Shown one piece after another: positions 34,085-49,486 of a stretch of DNA of 64,000 nt (positions are counted from its first letter, which is position 1; each line of letters opens with the position of its first letter). Position numbers and translations under genes: made by a program. The DNA lies in contig JASANG010002792.1 of the NCBI GenBank assembly GCA_030248215.1, forward strand, positions 1-64,000, given 5' to 3'. Below the pieces are notes generated by a model. It saw only the letters and a list, made by a program, of their open reading frames with translations. It did no database searches and was not told the origin of the DNA. The DNA is from Enoplolaimus lenunculus. Lineage: Eukaryota.

Positions 34085-37000
34085 CTGAGTGGTGATGGTA
34101 AACATCTCCTAATACGGTACTGCAGAATCACAGCTTGAAGTTGCTTTTATTAGTGTTAAATTGCGGTTTGCGGCAAATGCGCAGTTGGTCATACAAGAGA
34201 CACTCACACCTGTTGCCGTATAATTTAATTTAAACCACTGGAGTTCAAACAATCGTAAATTTTTCCCAGCTAAACACTGCGCTGTAAAAAATATACACGG
34301 CTAATCCTGATTTTGGCTTATAACACGGATCTTAGAAATTCTTGAAAAATTTCAATAACAATCGTGAGCTGGGTACATAACTGTACATTGTTTAAGCTGG
34401 ATTGAAACGAGGGTCATTTTTTCATGGGGACAATGTTTCATTCGTATATTGGCCGTGCAAAAATGGTCCGGGGGCCTCTTGTTAGCGAGGATCTTTTTCA
34501 CACGGCCGTACTGTAATGACCCGAATAAGGGGGGTAATAAGCGGGGGGTCCCCATTTGGAGTCCTAAACAATAGGAGTCCCTATCCCTAATAAGAGTCCG
34601 TAAGCGGATAGAGCCCTAAACCCTAATTAGAGTCGATTAATGACAATTATCCCTAATTGTAGCACATAAATGACTCCAGGACCAAATAAAGTTAAGTTCG
34701 AAACTTAAAGTGTAAGTACTTCAGTTTTGAAAATAACATTCCAAAATATAGCCTTGCATTAGCGCTCAGGCTTTTGAGATGCAAGGCAAAAAACGTTTAA
34801 TTCAACGGATAGCTGCAATACCGTATATCAGTAACGAAGGACGGCGAAGGGCAGGTTAGAAATAAATATCAGTCCCCCCTTTTATTCGGGTCACTATAGT
34901 ATGGTCTCTTATTAGGGATGCGGAATGTTGGGACTGTTGGGATAGCAGGAGTGCCGGGCGTTGGTAGAGCGGAACAGCTGTGACGCGGGCCAGTTGGGAC
35001 AGCGGGGCAGTTGGGACATTTGGGACAGATGGGACCGCGAGACAGTTGATAGTAGGGATAGCGGAACAGTTGGGACAGCGGGATAGTTGGATGGGACAGC
35101 AGGACAATTGGGACAGTTCGGACAGCGGGATAGTTGAGTGGGACAGTTGGGATAGCTGACAGTGTTGACAGTTTGGACAGCCGAACAGTTGGGACAGTTT
35201 GGACAGCGGGACAGTTGGCGGAACGGTTCGGACAGCTGGGACAGCAGGACAATTGTGACAGCGGGACAATTCGGACAGTTGGGACGACGCAATTTGAAAA
35301 CATTGGCAATACATGCTTAGACAATTTTAGAAAAATAAGTTAGGATAATATATACGCCAGTTTGTCTGAAATTTTTGGGCACATGTACAGATCAGAGGTG
35401 GAACGTTTTTCTGTGGAACTAGAATAGAATATATAAGCTTTTACGTAATTTTTTTTGCTTGGCTTTAGTCTTAGGCAATAGGTTTAGGAATATATAAGCT
35501 TATAATATACTGTTCCGGTTCTGTTCTTAACATTGGTCAAAGTTCGAATGAGAAAGATTTTCAATACCGAAAAATTCGAGTGAGAAAGTACCTGATTTAT
35601 TACCTAAACCGGATAGTAAAAATACTGGATTTCCCTACTGGAATCAAAATTTCCGTTGCACTTTGCATGGGATCTTTAATTTATAGCATCACGCGCCCTA
35701 GTGATCAATAGGGGGACGCGGAGCGTTCACCCCCGTCAGAATTTCTCGCATAATAATAAAGTTCCAACTTTAACATATTTCCTTTCACATAGTTTTTGCA
35801 GTATTTAAAATATGGTTCCTACCTTACAACAATTTTCCTCCTCAGAAATTCCTTTTTGATAAACGATAGTTTTGAACTGACATAATTTATAAAATTAATT
35901 ATCAAAACTGTCGAAATTTCCGGCTAAATGTCTACCCGAGCCGAAGATAGGCGAACCTGAACCAAATCTCCGATTATATTCTACCACACAGGGTACAAAC
36001 GAATGCTTAACCGGCAACTAATTGTAAAAAAAACTTTCGAACAATTTTAATACCCTGCAAAATAAAAATGCCCAAATTCAATATTTTATTAGTTTATGAT
36101 TTTAATTTTGCGTCACCTCGGTGCTCCAGAACCGTTTTCAGTCTGGCAACGGATATGAGAAGTCGCTAAACACTTTTATCATATTGGTTTAGCCAAATGC
36201 CTATACCTTTCCCACTCAGAAAACGAAACAGGTTCATTTTATTATAAATAAGCTACACAAATAGAGCTGAAATCACACATCAACTGTTGTTAAATCTACA
36301 AAACACTGCATAATAAAACAAGATCAATTTTCGGATGACAAAAGAGAGCAAGAGAAGATACTAAATGCGATTGCAAACCGACAATATTCTAAACTGTAAA
36401 ATTTAGAAAACTTTTTAGTTTTTTTGCTTAAATCAAGATACATTAGAAAACGACAAATAACGTTTCCAGATTACCTGTTAATATTACTTCCATCAGTTGT
36501 ACAACCTACGTGATTGCCAAACAATCCTTTCAACTAATGTACTTATGATCCATTTCATATTAAAACGCGTCGAAAATTCACAGGCACAGGGCAAGCTTTC
36601 AATCATACACCGTTCACACTCTACCGTTGGTGCAGCGCGCGCATTCATCGTCTACTTTATACAGTCAATAAATGGCAATGTTACTTTAAGGGGCATAACA
36701 GTAGATTAAGCGTATTCCTAAGCCTAAGCCTAAGTGTTGCAAAAAAGTTTCTAAGCCTAAGCATAAGCAAAAATGCAATCTAGAATCTAAACCTGCTCTT
36801 TTATAGACCCACTAGAAACCTGGACGCCCCTTAAAGTAACATGGACCGTCAATAATTGGTTAATTTAGGCTTATCTGTAAACAGTACATATGCGGAGGCT
36901 TTAAGATTGCACAAAAAGTTCGCACAACATTTTTTCGTTGGACACCACTCACCTACAGCGTTAGTTAACGGCACGCCCTTGAATGGGGACAAATTTTGAG

Positions 37001-38466
37001 ACACAAGTCAATATTATCCCAAATGACGATGCAGTTCCAAATAACGCCATGCACTCGTACAGATTGGCACCAAATGTTAAAATTGAAACACTTCGAAAAA
37101 CAAACATGAACTTTTACAGACAAATGAAAAAACTTTGACACAAATTCAGTGTGCAAACAGAAATATATATATGGACAATAATGTGCACGACACTCGCTAC
37201 AAACTTTTGGTATCGTTACCACAGCTAAAAATAAAAGCAAATAGTTCTCTGGAGCCAGTAGACAATTGAATAAATCAAGACAAAAACGATAGTTCCTAAA
37301 TAAAAATTAAATTATAAATTTCGGCTACATTACTTAAATTTTACAGCAAAATAAAGAAAATATTTGAAATTATGGCTGCATACACTTGCACCACAGTTTT
37401 TGACATTTTCAGACTTTGGCATAACTTATATGCTTTGGATTGGGTTGAGATTAAACTTTAGCTCATAGTTAATCTTGTGCACCGCAGTGTACACAAATCG
37501 AAATACATTAGTGTACTAGTTTTTGCTAAAGAAAAAACACAAAATAACAATAATTAACGATAAATACATATGGACCACAATTTCCATATATTGTATACCA
37601 AAATCGCATGCCGAAATGTACAGAAAATTAACTTTTGAGTTGTCTCTAAAAGCTTAAAGTATGGACACACGTAGTTTGTTAAGGGCTGAAGGGCTGCACA
37701 TCAGTTTTAAAATTTGTCTAACACGTGATGACAGTTCTGTATAGCGTTCAATCTTTATCCGAACATTACAATTATTAACACATCCCGGTAGTTTCTTTCA
37801 AGCTACGCCTAAGTCTTAATATGAAAACAATTACACTTCTTCAAACAATCATCTGGAAATAAGCCAAACAAACTTCTTAAAATGATAGCGCCAAATCAGT
37901 TACCGTGACAAATTTAAAATCTAACTCACTCAGCACTGCAAACTGAGACAAATGACATATGTAAACTGCGACAATTATCAACAATATTTTTTTACGGTCC
38001 GGGAATGAATATCCAGCCTTTAAAATTAATTTTTTAAAAAGTCAAATTTTAGTGTGGATTAGTTGGGGAAAGTCATGTGAAGCTCAAATATGTAAAAATT
38101 ATAAACTCGGACCATTTCGGAAAAATATACCTAATAGAAAGTACAATGTAAATTGAAAAATTCGTTAACCGGTAACGGTTTTGTAGCTGCCCATATCTCA
38201 ACCGCGTTAGCACCTGGACAATACGTACGACCCGAAGTAAAAACTACCACACTTTCAAAATTTAGCTCAAATACGCTACGTTTCTATTGATAAATCATGC
38301 GTCGATTTTTACGACAAACTCACACATATGTCGTATACCGATGTACGCCATTTAAATTTATAACAAGCAAATTTCTGCAAAAAACCTACATGAAGTACAT
38401 GAATCAGCGATTGTACAACATCAGGACCTGCAAACATCACTATGCATCGTTCACGATAAAAAATAT

Positions 38467-38814
38467 GAGTTTGCCACCGAAAACATTGTAAGGTAGGGTT
38501 AACACGTGTCAAATTTTAAAATTTTCGTGCGTTAACCCAACGATAACGCAAAAGAGTTTGCCACCGAAAACATTGTAAGGTAGGGTTAACACGTGTCAAA
38601 TTTTAAAATTTTCGTGCGTTAACCCAACGATAACGCAAAAGAGTTTGCCACCGAAAACATTGTAAGGTAGGGTTAACACGTGTCAAATTTTAAAATTTTC
38701 GTGCGTTAACCCAACGATAACGCAAAAGAGTTTGCCACCGAAAACATTGTAAGGTAGGGTTAACACGTGTCAAATTTTAAAATTTTCGTGCGTTAACCCA
38801 ACGATAACGCAAAA
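38467..38814. repeat. Perfect tandem array, 4 x 87 bp, inside an inverted-repeat element (~38438-38978)
   Basis: Unit starts gagtttgccaccgaaaac at 38467, 38554, 38641 and 38728; the flanks catcgttcac / gtgaacgatg are inverted. Confidence 0.93.
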
Positions 38815-41103
38815 ATTGGGTTAGCTCTACCCTAACGTATGTTACAAAATGCTGTGTGACACGTATTAGGACAGGTCTGTGACATGTGTTAGGGTAAGGG
38901 TTAACACAATTTTTGCGTTAGGGTAGGGTTAACTCATGGCAATTTGGAAAATTGACATGTATTGTGAACGATGTAGTACCGTTTCATAGACTATTCAACA
39001 TAACTAGTAATCGCTTTAACGCGACAAATACAAAATTAAACTATATATACTACACAAATATTCCTAAATAACAGTTAACGTATATATTTGTCAAAACCAG
39101 AGAATACACGGAAGAAACGTTTACATTGATTTGTTTGCACCATTGCCATTGAACATAATATGACTGTGGTACGTAATAATTTTTCATAGAGCATATTGTT
39201 TTTTCTGAAAGCAAAAATATCAAATTAAAATATATAATAAAATAATACAATTAATATTTTAAGTTGTCCTACAAAAAAACAAACTCGGCTCATTCAATAA
39301 AGAAACTCTCTGCTCATTCAATAAAGAGCTGTTTGTGTTAGCTTAAGCTTATTGCGGAGGATAACTTACCAGATCTCTACAGTAGATAACACAAAATGGT
39401 ATGGCTATATTAAAATAGTATAAAAACTTACACAGCTACCACAATGTTACGCAAATATTACGTACGTTGTACGAAAATATTGAACGAAGACTTTCATATG
39501 TTACCAACTAAAAAAAGCTCCAAAAACCCCGTGGACAAAATTGCATAAGGGGATTTGCCTCTAATACGCGCCTGACGATACATACGTATTACAATTTAGT
39601 GACTTGTGAACAAATATTAATTGAACCAAAATAAATACAATAAATTCAGCAAATTTGTCAATTTCAAAGATCGCCATTTTGTTATGCAAAACTCCTTTTA
39701 AGCACACAAATCAGTTAGTTTGTTTTAAAATTAAATGTTACGTATCTCACAACTTCGTAGTGCGTAACATTTAAACCATCAAATACTCTCCAGGATCCAG
39801 TATTTTTATGACTGGACGACGTGGAATTCATTATAAACCAGAAATAAAATTTTGCAGATTACTAAGTTATAGTTTTCGTCGGTCCACAAAACGTGGCACT
39901 ATACGTGCCGTGTGACGCCGTCTGTCACCATACGGTATCGTACGTCAGCGACTCACGTACAATACCGCGTGACGGAAGGCGTCGGACGTCATCAAAAGTA
40001 TAGCGCCAGTTCGAACCGTGGACAACTAGATTGACTCCCTTGCTTTAGCATGATACAGCGCGACCGTATAAATCATAAGCAACCAGGACTAGAAACAAAT
40101 GAAGAATACAAAGGAACTTTGCAAGCGAAGAGAGCTGAAAGCCAGACACATTTTTAGATTAAAAGTTTGAAACCAAAATCTCAAATAGAGGTGACTTGAC
40201 TAGTCATAGTAAAAACAACTAGCAATTCTTTGTTTTAGTCCCTGCGAAATATATAACAAGGTGTCTTTTATCAAACCGAGACTAAAGGAAAAAACAAGTT
40301 TTCCTTTTCTACTCAACGTTCACAATCATCAACGGACGTTTATCGCATTGTTGACTTTTAGATACTCATCAGAGTTTTGGCGCAAACTCAAATGTCGGTT
40401 TCCAAGTTATTACGCATACGAAATTAAACAATAAACATATATACACCGCTGGTTTGATATTATACTTAAATAAACTGAAAGATAAAAATGGATTTGCGTC
40501 TTCACGGTACCTCATTGCAGTTAATTCATCAGACAAGATAAATTAAAACAAAAAACGTTACAAACACATTCAATACGTATAATTTTTTTGCGCCGAAGTA
40601 ATCATGGAGCAACTTTAACACTGCGACACCAAACTCTACGTTATACCAAGAGTGGATGATCGCCCTTTACAACAAGAGTGTGCAACTGGGTACATTCTGT
40701 GTACTACAGAATATACCCGGCACGCTTTGCGTTTTTGGCCTACCCCGCCCTCTCATTTGGGGCGGTGTTGAAACCTTGAACGCAGGCAAATACTGTTGCG
40801 ATACACAGTGCAAACCGTGTCCAGTTATATTCTTGAATTAAGATTAGCTGAGTTCTGTGTGCAGTTGACTCCCCCTAAATAAGGGGGTATGGGCAAAACG
40901 CAACGCGCGGTGGTACTTTTTATGCCACGTGTATTTTTGGAAGTTGCACACTCTTATTATCGACTCTTGGTTATGCCAATCAGTTAGTTTATATACATTA
41001 GAAAGACACAAGCCTTAATGTTATCAACAGAAAAAAATAAGAACTAAAAACAAAACTATTTGGCCCTCGATAAATATATAGAAGTTTGTCCATTGGCAGT
41101 CTG

Positions 41104-41481
41104 CAGGGTGCAACCGGAATTCCGGTTCCGGCATTTTTTACCTTCCGCTTCCGGTTCCGGTAAATTTTTACCGGATTTAAAAATTCCGGTTTTATAATTC
41201 GGCCGTTTTCTTAACTTTGCTAATTTTTAATTATCTCTTTTGAAAGCCACTTGTACTCCGAATATAAACCATTGATGGTTTATTTCACTTCAGTCGACGA
41301 CGAAAATCTAAAATACAACAAATAAAATAAATACCTATGTTCGACTACGGTAGTTTCACAAATAATAGAGCAAAAAATAAGATTAAAATGAAATTTTTGG
41401 TGAAATGCATTTTTCACTTTCCGGTTCCGGTAAAATTTTCAAATTCCGGTTCCGGTAAATTGTAATTCCGGTTGCACCCTG
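41104..41481. mobile_element. hAT-like MITE
   Basis: TIRs cagggtgcaaccggaatt / aattccggttgcaccctg and an exact 8-bp TSD gcagtctg. Confidence 0.9.
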
Positions 41482-44400
41482 GCAGTCTGGGACGTTGGGA
41501 GCACGGTGCAATGCGGTACTGGATTATACCGGAATCGGAATCGGAGCGCAAATTTATACCTGAATCGGAATCGGAATTACAAATTTGTGACTATGCGTAT
41601 AAATTGTATTAACATGTATAATACTGATTTAGGGTGATTGTTGGCTGGAAACAATTCTTAAAAACGTCGCATGAACAAATTGGAAATCAATTTTTGGCTC
41701 TGTAAAGCTAAATTACAATCAATTATTGATAAGTTAGCTCATAGACAACAATATAATCGATAAATGATGCAGAATGTTCATGCAACATATCACAACAAGT
41801 AGGCCAAAAATTAAAATGTGGACATTCCGATCGCGACTGATTGTGTAATCGGAACTCGATTTGAATCCGAATTCTAATCATCGGAATTCTAATCGAAATC
41901 GGATTCCGATTGCACCCTGCTTGGGAGACATCGATACTGGAAAAACAAACACTTTCACAGGCCTCAGAATAGACCTTCTCTATTCTACAATTCGAACATA
42001 CTGCGTATGATGAGGTAACTTGATCCCGAAATAACTTATCGGCAACGCCTCCGATTCGTGAACACCTGGTACCAGTGCAGAACAGTAGGTCTATCATTTG
42101 TTTCGGCTGAAAATGGACCTCACCAGGGGTTCTCGCAATTTCGGTTTCGAAATTCTTGAGATTTTTATAAACCTTGTTACCATTCAATTAGTTCGTTAGT
42201 TACAGATTCCGTATATTTACCCAATATTTTTTCGCTCGTCGCACTGTCGCAAGCATGTATGCGTGAAGTAAAAAGATAGCCTGCGCACCCGAAACTAAAA
42301 CAACTAACTATGCGTAGTTGATTAGAAAAAGATTTCACCCCACAAAAGACCGCTCGATTAGTATAGAATACCACAACACTGGACCCACCACCTCACAGAA
42401 GACCACACAATTAGTGACTCCATGGCACCGGATCTGCCGATCAAATTAAATTGCCCTTTACAGGGCCCCAAAGATAGAGTTAACTCATAACTGCTCCTCT
42501 GCACGGAAATCTTTAGTAAAAGGCGAAAGATTTATACGATTGCAGAGGAACCAGAGACAACAGACGTTGTTTTTATTGCTATATATAGTGCTTCTAAATT
42601 ATTTCGTACACAAGTGCTATTCTTTAATGAGCAATGAAATCTGCGTAGTGTAAAGACCGTACAAAATAAATGTGCAAGAAGTGTGTGTCGTGTATTGTGT
42701 CTTGTCTACACAATAAGCGGTGCTTAAATTGCTAAGTATAAATTGGATTTTCGTAGACGTGGTTGTCAGTCTAGGTTGGAACTGAGAGACATCAGACCTT
42801 TCTACCAAGCAGCTGGAAAAGCGGGCCTCCGGAGCGGGGATCGAACCCTCAGCCTACGCATCGTAAGCGAATATTCTACCACTGTGCCACGCAGCCCGCC
42901 TCTCCAACTGCAGTTTTCATGGACTATATCTGACGAGCGTATGCTGCCAGCAAGCATACAACACAAAGTGCATTGCATTTATTACATATGCACTAGGACA
43001 AGCATGTCTCACATGCTTACAGTGGTAAATCTATGGTGATACATGTGGTGATACATGATTACTCGGCGAACATTCCAGTTCGCATGAAAAATATAACGTA
43101 ATTCACTTAAATTTAAACTTTTCAAGCAATTCTACTTTAATATATCTTTCAATCTATGAGCTTAAGACTCGAACGCGTTGCCTTGGGGTGATGTTTCTCG
43201 CAATGGGCATTCCTCTACAATTAAAATTGGTCATAATAAAACATTGGCCTTAAAATTAAACAAGCCGCAAGCATACCAACTGCATAACTAGTGCAGGACC
43301 AAATTTCAAAACAAATGCTAGGCGGAGCCTGATATTAATTGCATACGTACTATTACAATAATTAATAATCAAAACCATCCAATGATGATGCATTTAATCT
43401 CCAGTTACAATTTTACAATAGTTACAACTGGAACTAAATTTTGTGCAAAACAGTACAAAAGAACCGGGATTTGAAATTATTATCATTCACCTAAATAACT
43501 TTTAAAACGAGATACCAAAAGATCTTTGCTAGAGTGGTTTATACGATTTCATTAACAATATATTCTCAATTTTAATACAAAGGCGTACATTCAATTATTT
43601 ATGTGTAATATCATTCAGATTGTAAAACGATTATATCAGGCCGTAGCCAGCTCACCTTGCAAGGAGGGGCTAAAAATATTTTAGGAGGGGCATACAAGGG
43701 TTTTAATGAGTTACAAGTACGGTCGAAAATTTTCTAGAGGGGGTAAAACTTTTTCAGGGGGGGTCAGCTTCCCAAGATCCCACTTGGCCACGGGCCCGGA
43801 TTGCATCAGTAGTAAAGGTTTGGAAATCAAACTTTTGCAAATGTAAATTTTTCAAGTTTTAATAAGGCTTTAAAAATAGTTTAATTGCTTAATTTATTTA
43901 AGTTTGAGGACACTTTGACAGGTTTTAGTATAAAATCTGTTTAACAAAAAATTTCTGCCGTTCCCGCAAAATTGCGCTAACTGAGCAATAAATAAATACG
44001 TACGCAACTACTGCGCTACACGTTTAACGGTCATGTATCTGACAAATTTTTACCTACACCAATCAGTGTTTATTATATACGCACGCTTTACAACTGGTCC
44101 ACTACTCAGCGAACAGTGCGAACACACTTTTCGGCCAGCATTGGATATTAAAACAGTAATGGTACGTATATATGCCGTAGGCCAATCTGCTATTCAGGCC
44201 AACTACCTATTGGCCTAGGCCAATCTGCTATTTTGAGAAAATAACAGATTGGCCTCGGCCAAATAGCGATTGTAAGATGTAGCAAAACAACAGTGATGTA
44301 AAACCAACGCTGATTAGTTGACGGTATTGCGCCTGTCCAAATAATCCAATTTGATTGGTCTATCATTTCAATAGCAGTTTAGCCCAGGCCGCACTGCTAT

Positions 44401-44667
44401 TACATAAAGCAGCAGATTGGCCTGAATAACAGATCGGCCTACTACATATACCTATTGCAATTAACCGTTTCATTACAAAATTAGGACAAAAACAAAAATA
44501 ACACATTTTAAAATGTTATACATACGCGGTATTTTCATTTTTGTACGGTTTGCTGTACGCACACTACACAATATACAGAATGCCTATTTCCCCACTGTTA
44601 GCCACAACATACGTATTACGAATATCGTAGCCTATGTTGCTGGTTATCCTTATGTGTTCTAACTCGA

Positions 44668-45078
44668 AGCGGAGGTACGGAATCTGGACCCCGTAAAAAT
44701 TTAGCATAAAATAGCCTATCCTATAGATCTCGACGAGCTAAGTTCAACGGTACCACATTTGTGGCAGCATGACCAACGGTTCAAAAGCTAAAGCTATCGA
44801 AATTTCGTGCAAACACGCACAAAGTGGAAGAAGAAGTATATATCTATCATTCAAAGCTTTACCAACTTTATTCTTTAAACAATTTGGTTGGCGTTTGTAC
44901 ATGTTTTATATATACATATTAATGGTAAAAAATTGAATTTTAAATGCCCATAACTTTTGAACTGACGGCCTTGCAGCCTTAAAAAGGTACCGCTGGACTC
45001 AGCGCGTGGAAATATATACGTACAATAAACTGTTTTTCATCAAATTCCTAGGGGGGTCCATATTCCCTACCTCCGCCC
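44668..45078. mobile_element. MITE with inverted termini
   Basis: gcggaggtacggaatctggacccc ... ggggtccatattccctacctccgc. Confidence 0.7.
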
Positions 45079-45712
45079 TAACTTAGCCCCGGTTTCTGCC
45101 GGTCTCAGGGTAACAATATTATAAGTGTGTTTCATATGCACATTTCTCATATTTTAAAGTATCTTACTCCGATACAGTCTTTGTAAAACTTGGAAAGCAG
45201 GCTAATCAAAACACAAAACAATCGAGGAACAGTATATTCTGAATTACTGTTATGTTTTTAGTAAACCCGTCAAAAAAGTGCCTTTGACGAATTTTTCGCC
45301 TTTTCTTTCTCGCTTTCGTCGCTCGTACACAATCACTCCACCAACAATTTAACAACTTATTAACTAAACTGAACAACATTTTGTTCGACTAATAATTATT
45401 GAACTGCAAAATTATTTTAAGTTTAAATGATTTGGCAGAACACCGTAAAAAATTCCAGTCCCTGCGTTCTGTAATGCCGGAACAGGAATCGATTTTTAGA
45501 GCAAGAATTCCGGTCGGAACAGGAAGTCCGGTGGAACCCTGGAATGTCGCATACGTATATCAATATAATAATAGCCAAAAAGCACACGAAAGCTTTAGCA
45601 AAATAGCAGCTAAATAAATATGCCGTTAAACTTGCAGAAAAATGACACGCGTGCAATCGACAGAATCATGCAATCAAAAGAAACCGACCCATCATGCAGA
45701 AAAGCAATGAGT

Positions 45713-48700
45713 TTAGAGTTCTTTCTGCATTTGTTGCGCCTTCAACCGCATTTTCTAAAACACAATTCCGGATACTGAAGCGTTAAGTACGTATGCATGT
45801 ACACAACATTCTACTCTAAACTGACACCCGTTTCTAATTTTGCTGAACTTGTCTGCCGAATGAGAGTAAATTGGCCAGCTATAGAGTACAACTGTTCTCT
45901 ACTGATCCCTTGGCTCTAAGACGACAATTTAAACAATATGTGCCAAAACGCACCTGCATACTGCACTTAACTATCGCAAACACTATATATGTACGTACGT
46001 ATTACGTACTTACTTGGGGGTCGAAAGGTGAATGTCCGTCCGTCTGAAAAGAATCTCAGGAACGGCTGAACCGATTTCGATAAACTTTTTTTGTTTGAAA
46101 GCCAATTATCCTGGGGTGTTAACCTCGCAATGGGGTTTGAAAATTTTAAGCCGTTTATTAGCTACAGGCTAATTTGCATAATTAATAGCAGTTAGCTAAT
46201 AGAAAATTTGCATATTAGCATAGTTTATAAGCCTAAATTACGACTTTTTACAATATTTCACTAATTATTATGGTTAAAAGTAATATAATTTCAGCACTAA
46301 AGGTTTTTTAGGTGCGAGGAATTTGAATAAATTGTTTACAAACCTCCATAACCGATAATTGAGTAGTTAGCTAATAGATAATTTGCATATTAGCATAGTT
46401 TATAAGCCTAAATTAAAACTTTTTACAATATTTCACTAATTAGTAAGGTTAAAAGCAATATAATTTCAGCACTAAAGGGTTTTTAGGTGCGAGGAATTTG
46501 AATAAATTGTCTACAAACCTTTAAAGGCGATTATCAAATAGTTAGCTAATAACTAATTTGCATATTACCTTAATTGCTTACGTGTGTTCGAGCTTCGCTC
46601 AATAAATGTAGTCCCACTACGACTGGTATAATTGCCTAGTATTTCCACATGCAACAAGCAGTTATATACATGGTATATATTCAGGACCAAGGCCGCAAAT
46701 ATATATCCAGTGTCCGTACATGTTTATACCGAATACGGACGCAGGCTGCGACCGGATATATATGGAAATAGCATGTAAATATGAGCACTGTTGAAAGGAA
46801 TTAAGTTGCGCGAAACTATACGTTTTTACTGAATTAAAGTAATTTTTAGCTTAGATTTTTCATTCCATTTCAGATGTTTAAATCTTCCAGCTTTACTTGT
46901 CCGGAAAGGTAATCATAGCAAGATGTTAAATATATTCACTTGTCAAAAGCAGTACGTTTTATGGTATCCGGGACCGCAACCGCAAATATTTGGTATCCGG
47001 TAGGTTTATACAGGGACCGAATATTCGGACAATCTTGCCTATACGTAATATATATCTACACAATAAACATAATACGAATCTAGTAACTCCACAGCATCGA
47101 ATAAGTTTCATATTACCCGAATTCTGAACATGCAAGTTCTGTAGATAAACGATAATCCTGCGTTAACATTTTATAAATGTGGCCTTGAAATAAAGTAATG
47201 ATTACTTGTTCCCACGTACACATATATCCTATTAGTAAAGGTACAGAGCATTTCGGGTGGTTTCGTTAAACACCTCAAACCAATACGTTAGTATATACGT
47301 TTTTGTTGCCAAAGTCATTAAAAATACGCGCACGTAACAGGGTCCAGCCGAATACAAAAACAGGAGCGGAAGCCGGATATTAGCTGGTTATTTTGAGCAT
47401 ATAAAGGGTAAAATTTAATGACGTTAATTAAATTTATATTATACATTTCAGCAATAAATATGCATCCGGCAATGTAGAATACCGAAGTCGGAAGTCGATT
47501 TTTGCCAAGCCGAAATCGGATATTCGGTTGTACCCTGAACGTACGTACCAGGGTTAAAACATTGCACAGCAACGTTATATGTTGACTCTCTCACACAGCA
47601 TGCGGCACATGTATCTTACGATTATTATTTTATATGCTGCTTTTCCCAATATCGGCATACGCATATACCGTAGTATAACCAGAATGACTAGCTGGCTATA
47701 CACCATTTTGCAACACAAAAGACGAGTGAAGCTATCAACCAAAGTCTTTTCGAGATATCAACTCCACAGCAAAGCCCCCAGTAACAGCAGTACAGTGCAA
47801 ACAACTAATATGGTGATGTAAAATTGGTGTTTAATGCGAGTACGCGAGTGATTTGTGAAAGATACGCCACACACTGCTTTATTTGTTGACCGGCGGTTTA
47901 ATAGACATCGTTCGTGCCAAGTGCTCTTTTTTCTTTAAAAATATTTTTAAGTATACAGACGTAATATATATTATATACGTACGTTCTTATCAAAATCAAA
48001 ATACTTAGCAGACGTTTAACACTGGGTATTTTTGGCAAGATTATAGTTCGGTTAATTACAGCCATGCGCAGCAAATACCCTGGTTGTCATCCACTTTCCA
48101 CTTTGTGTTCCGCTGATTCTTACTCAATAAACTGCGCTATGACAAAGGTACATCTAGGTACTTCAATCAATAAAATGAAGCCAACACCCTAGCCCAATGA
48201 CGCGGGAGCAGGAGATGAAAAGTTTCATTGATGAAATTCAACAGTATTTATATAAATAAATATGCGTATGTATTAACTATTAAAAATATGAACCTCAAAA
48301 AAACCAAAAATTACTAAGGTAGCCCGCATAATGCATATATACGCGCCCACGCGTCTGCCTTGCACCTCTAAAAGTCTCGTGCACAATAACAGATTCAATC
48401 CAAAACTAAATAGAAAGCATCCCATACTAGACAAACAACCATCAAAAATAACGATAGTAAACAAGATGTGTATTGGAACAATATATGACAATAAGTTTTA
48501 ATTCAGTAGCCCAAACTTCAAGCTATATAATAAAAACCCGGACTACACACAAGTGTACGACAGTGAAAAAGCTAAACCAACGCCGAAAAGATAGCCGTGC
48601 TTAACTATTCAACAAAATCAATTGTAAAACGTAACGTAAGTCTACTTACTTCTTGCCGCTGACTTCGTACGCACCATGCCAAAATTGCACCAATCATCCC

Positions 48701-49486
48701 AGCCAAAAACAACGCAATAACAAGACCTGCCCACCAGACTGGTCCTAAATTGCAACACACTTTTAGTTAACACAATGTTAAAGCGTGGATGGTTGATCAA
48801 TATTACTACCAAATTTATGGGTGTTTCTCGTCAATTACTTACAAATACTGAACCGAAGAAATCGCATAGCTGACGACAATATTTTTGTTGAACTATGGCC
48901 TGGCTGGAGTTATTACAAAATTAACCAAAAAACAACAAAACAGATATAAATACGCTACTCGGAACAGAGTAGGGTGACAACCAGGGTTTCAACAGGAACT
49001 AAGTTTCGCCGGAACAGGAACTAAAATTGAATTTCTTTGCAGGAACCAGAATTCCAAATAATTTTCGTCACCGAATTACTGTTGGACTTTTTAGAAAACT
49101 TCCCAAAAAATGTTTAAACGTATTTTCAGCTATTTCATCATCATCATGCTTTGAGAAAACAGATCAGAAACAGTTTATTAACAAAATTGAACTAATCACA
49201 AAAACACTCATTTTGAAACGGCGATTTTTCAGTCAAAGTTTCCAATTTCTTAGCAATGGATTCGGATTCGGTCAAATCGTGAATTCGTTGTCACCCTGAC
49301 TCGGACTCACTGTATAACTGTGGCACCGAAACATTGTGTAAATATTTATTAATTCAATCAATAAGCAAACCACGAACCTGGATACACCAAATAGTTGATG
49401 CAGAAGACGAAAGCGCAAAATCCGGTGATAATGATGCATCCAATAACGAAAAACAATATATACGAACCAAAAAAATCCAAAGCCAT
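45713..49486 (-). CDS. Putative small two-TM membrane protein (~81 aa). Exons: 49486(49537)-49378, 48744-48650, 45754-45713. It may extend through upstream exons near 50250-50330 and 51050-51080.
   Basis: Phase-consistent GT-AG joins give MALDFFGSYILFFVIGCIIITGFCAFVFCINYLVYPGPVWWAGLVIALFLAGMIGAILAWCVRSQRQEKMRLKAQQMQKEL*. Confidence 0.55.

Noticed and set aside
36950..37300. Possible minus-strand membrane-protein exon
   Set aside because: Splice-like ends exist, but I found no single convincing open frame and no recognisable family.
48650..48680. MVRTKSAAR, a histone H3/CENP-A-like N-terminus on the minus strand
   Set aside because: No histone-fold exon follows; the alternative frame gives a coherent TM protein.
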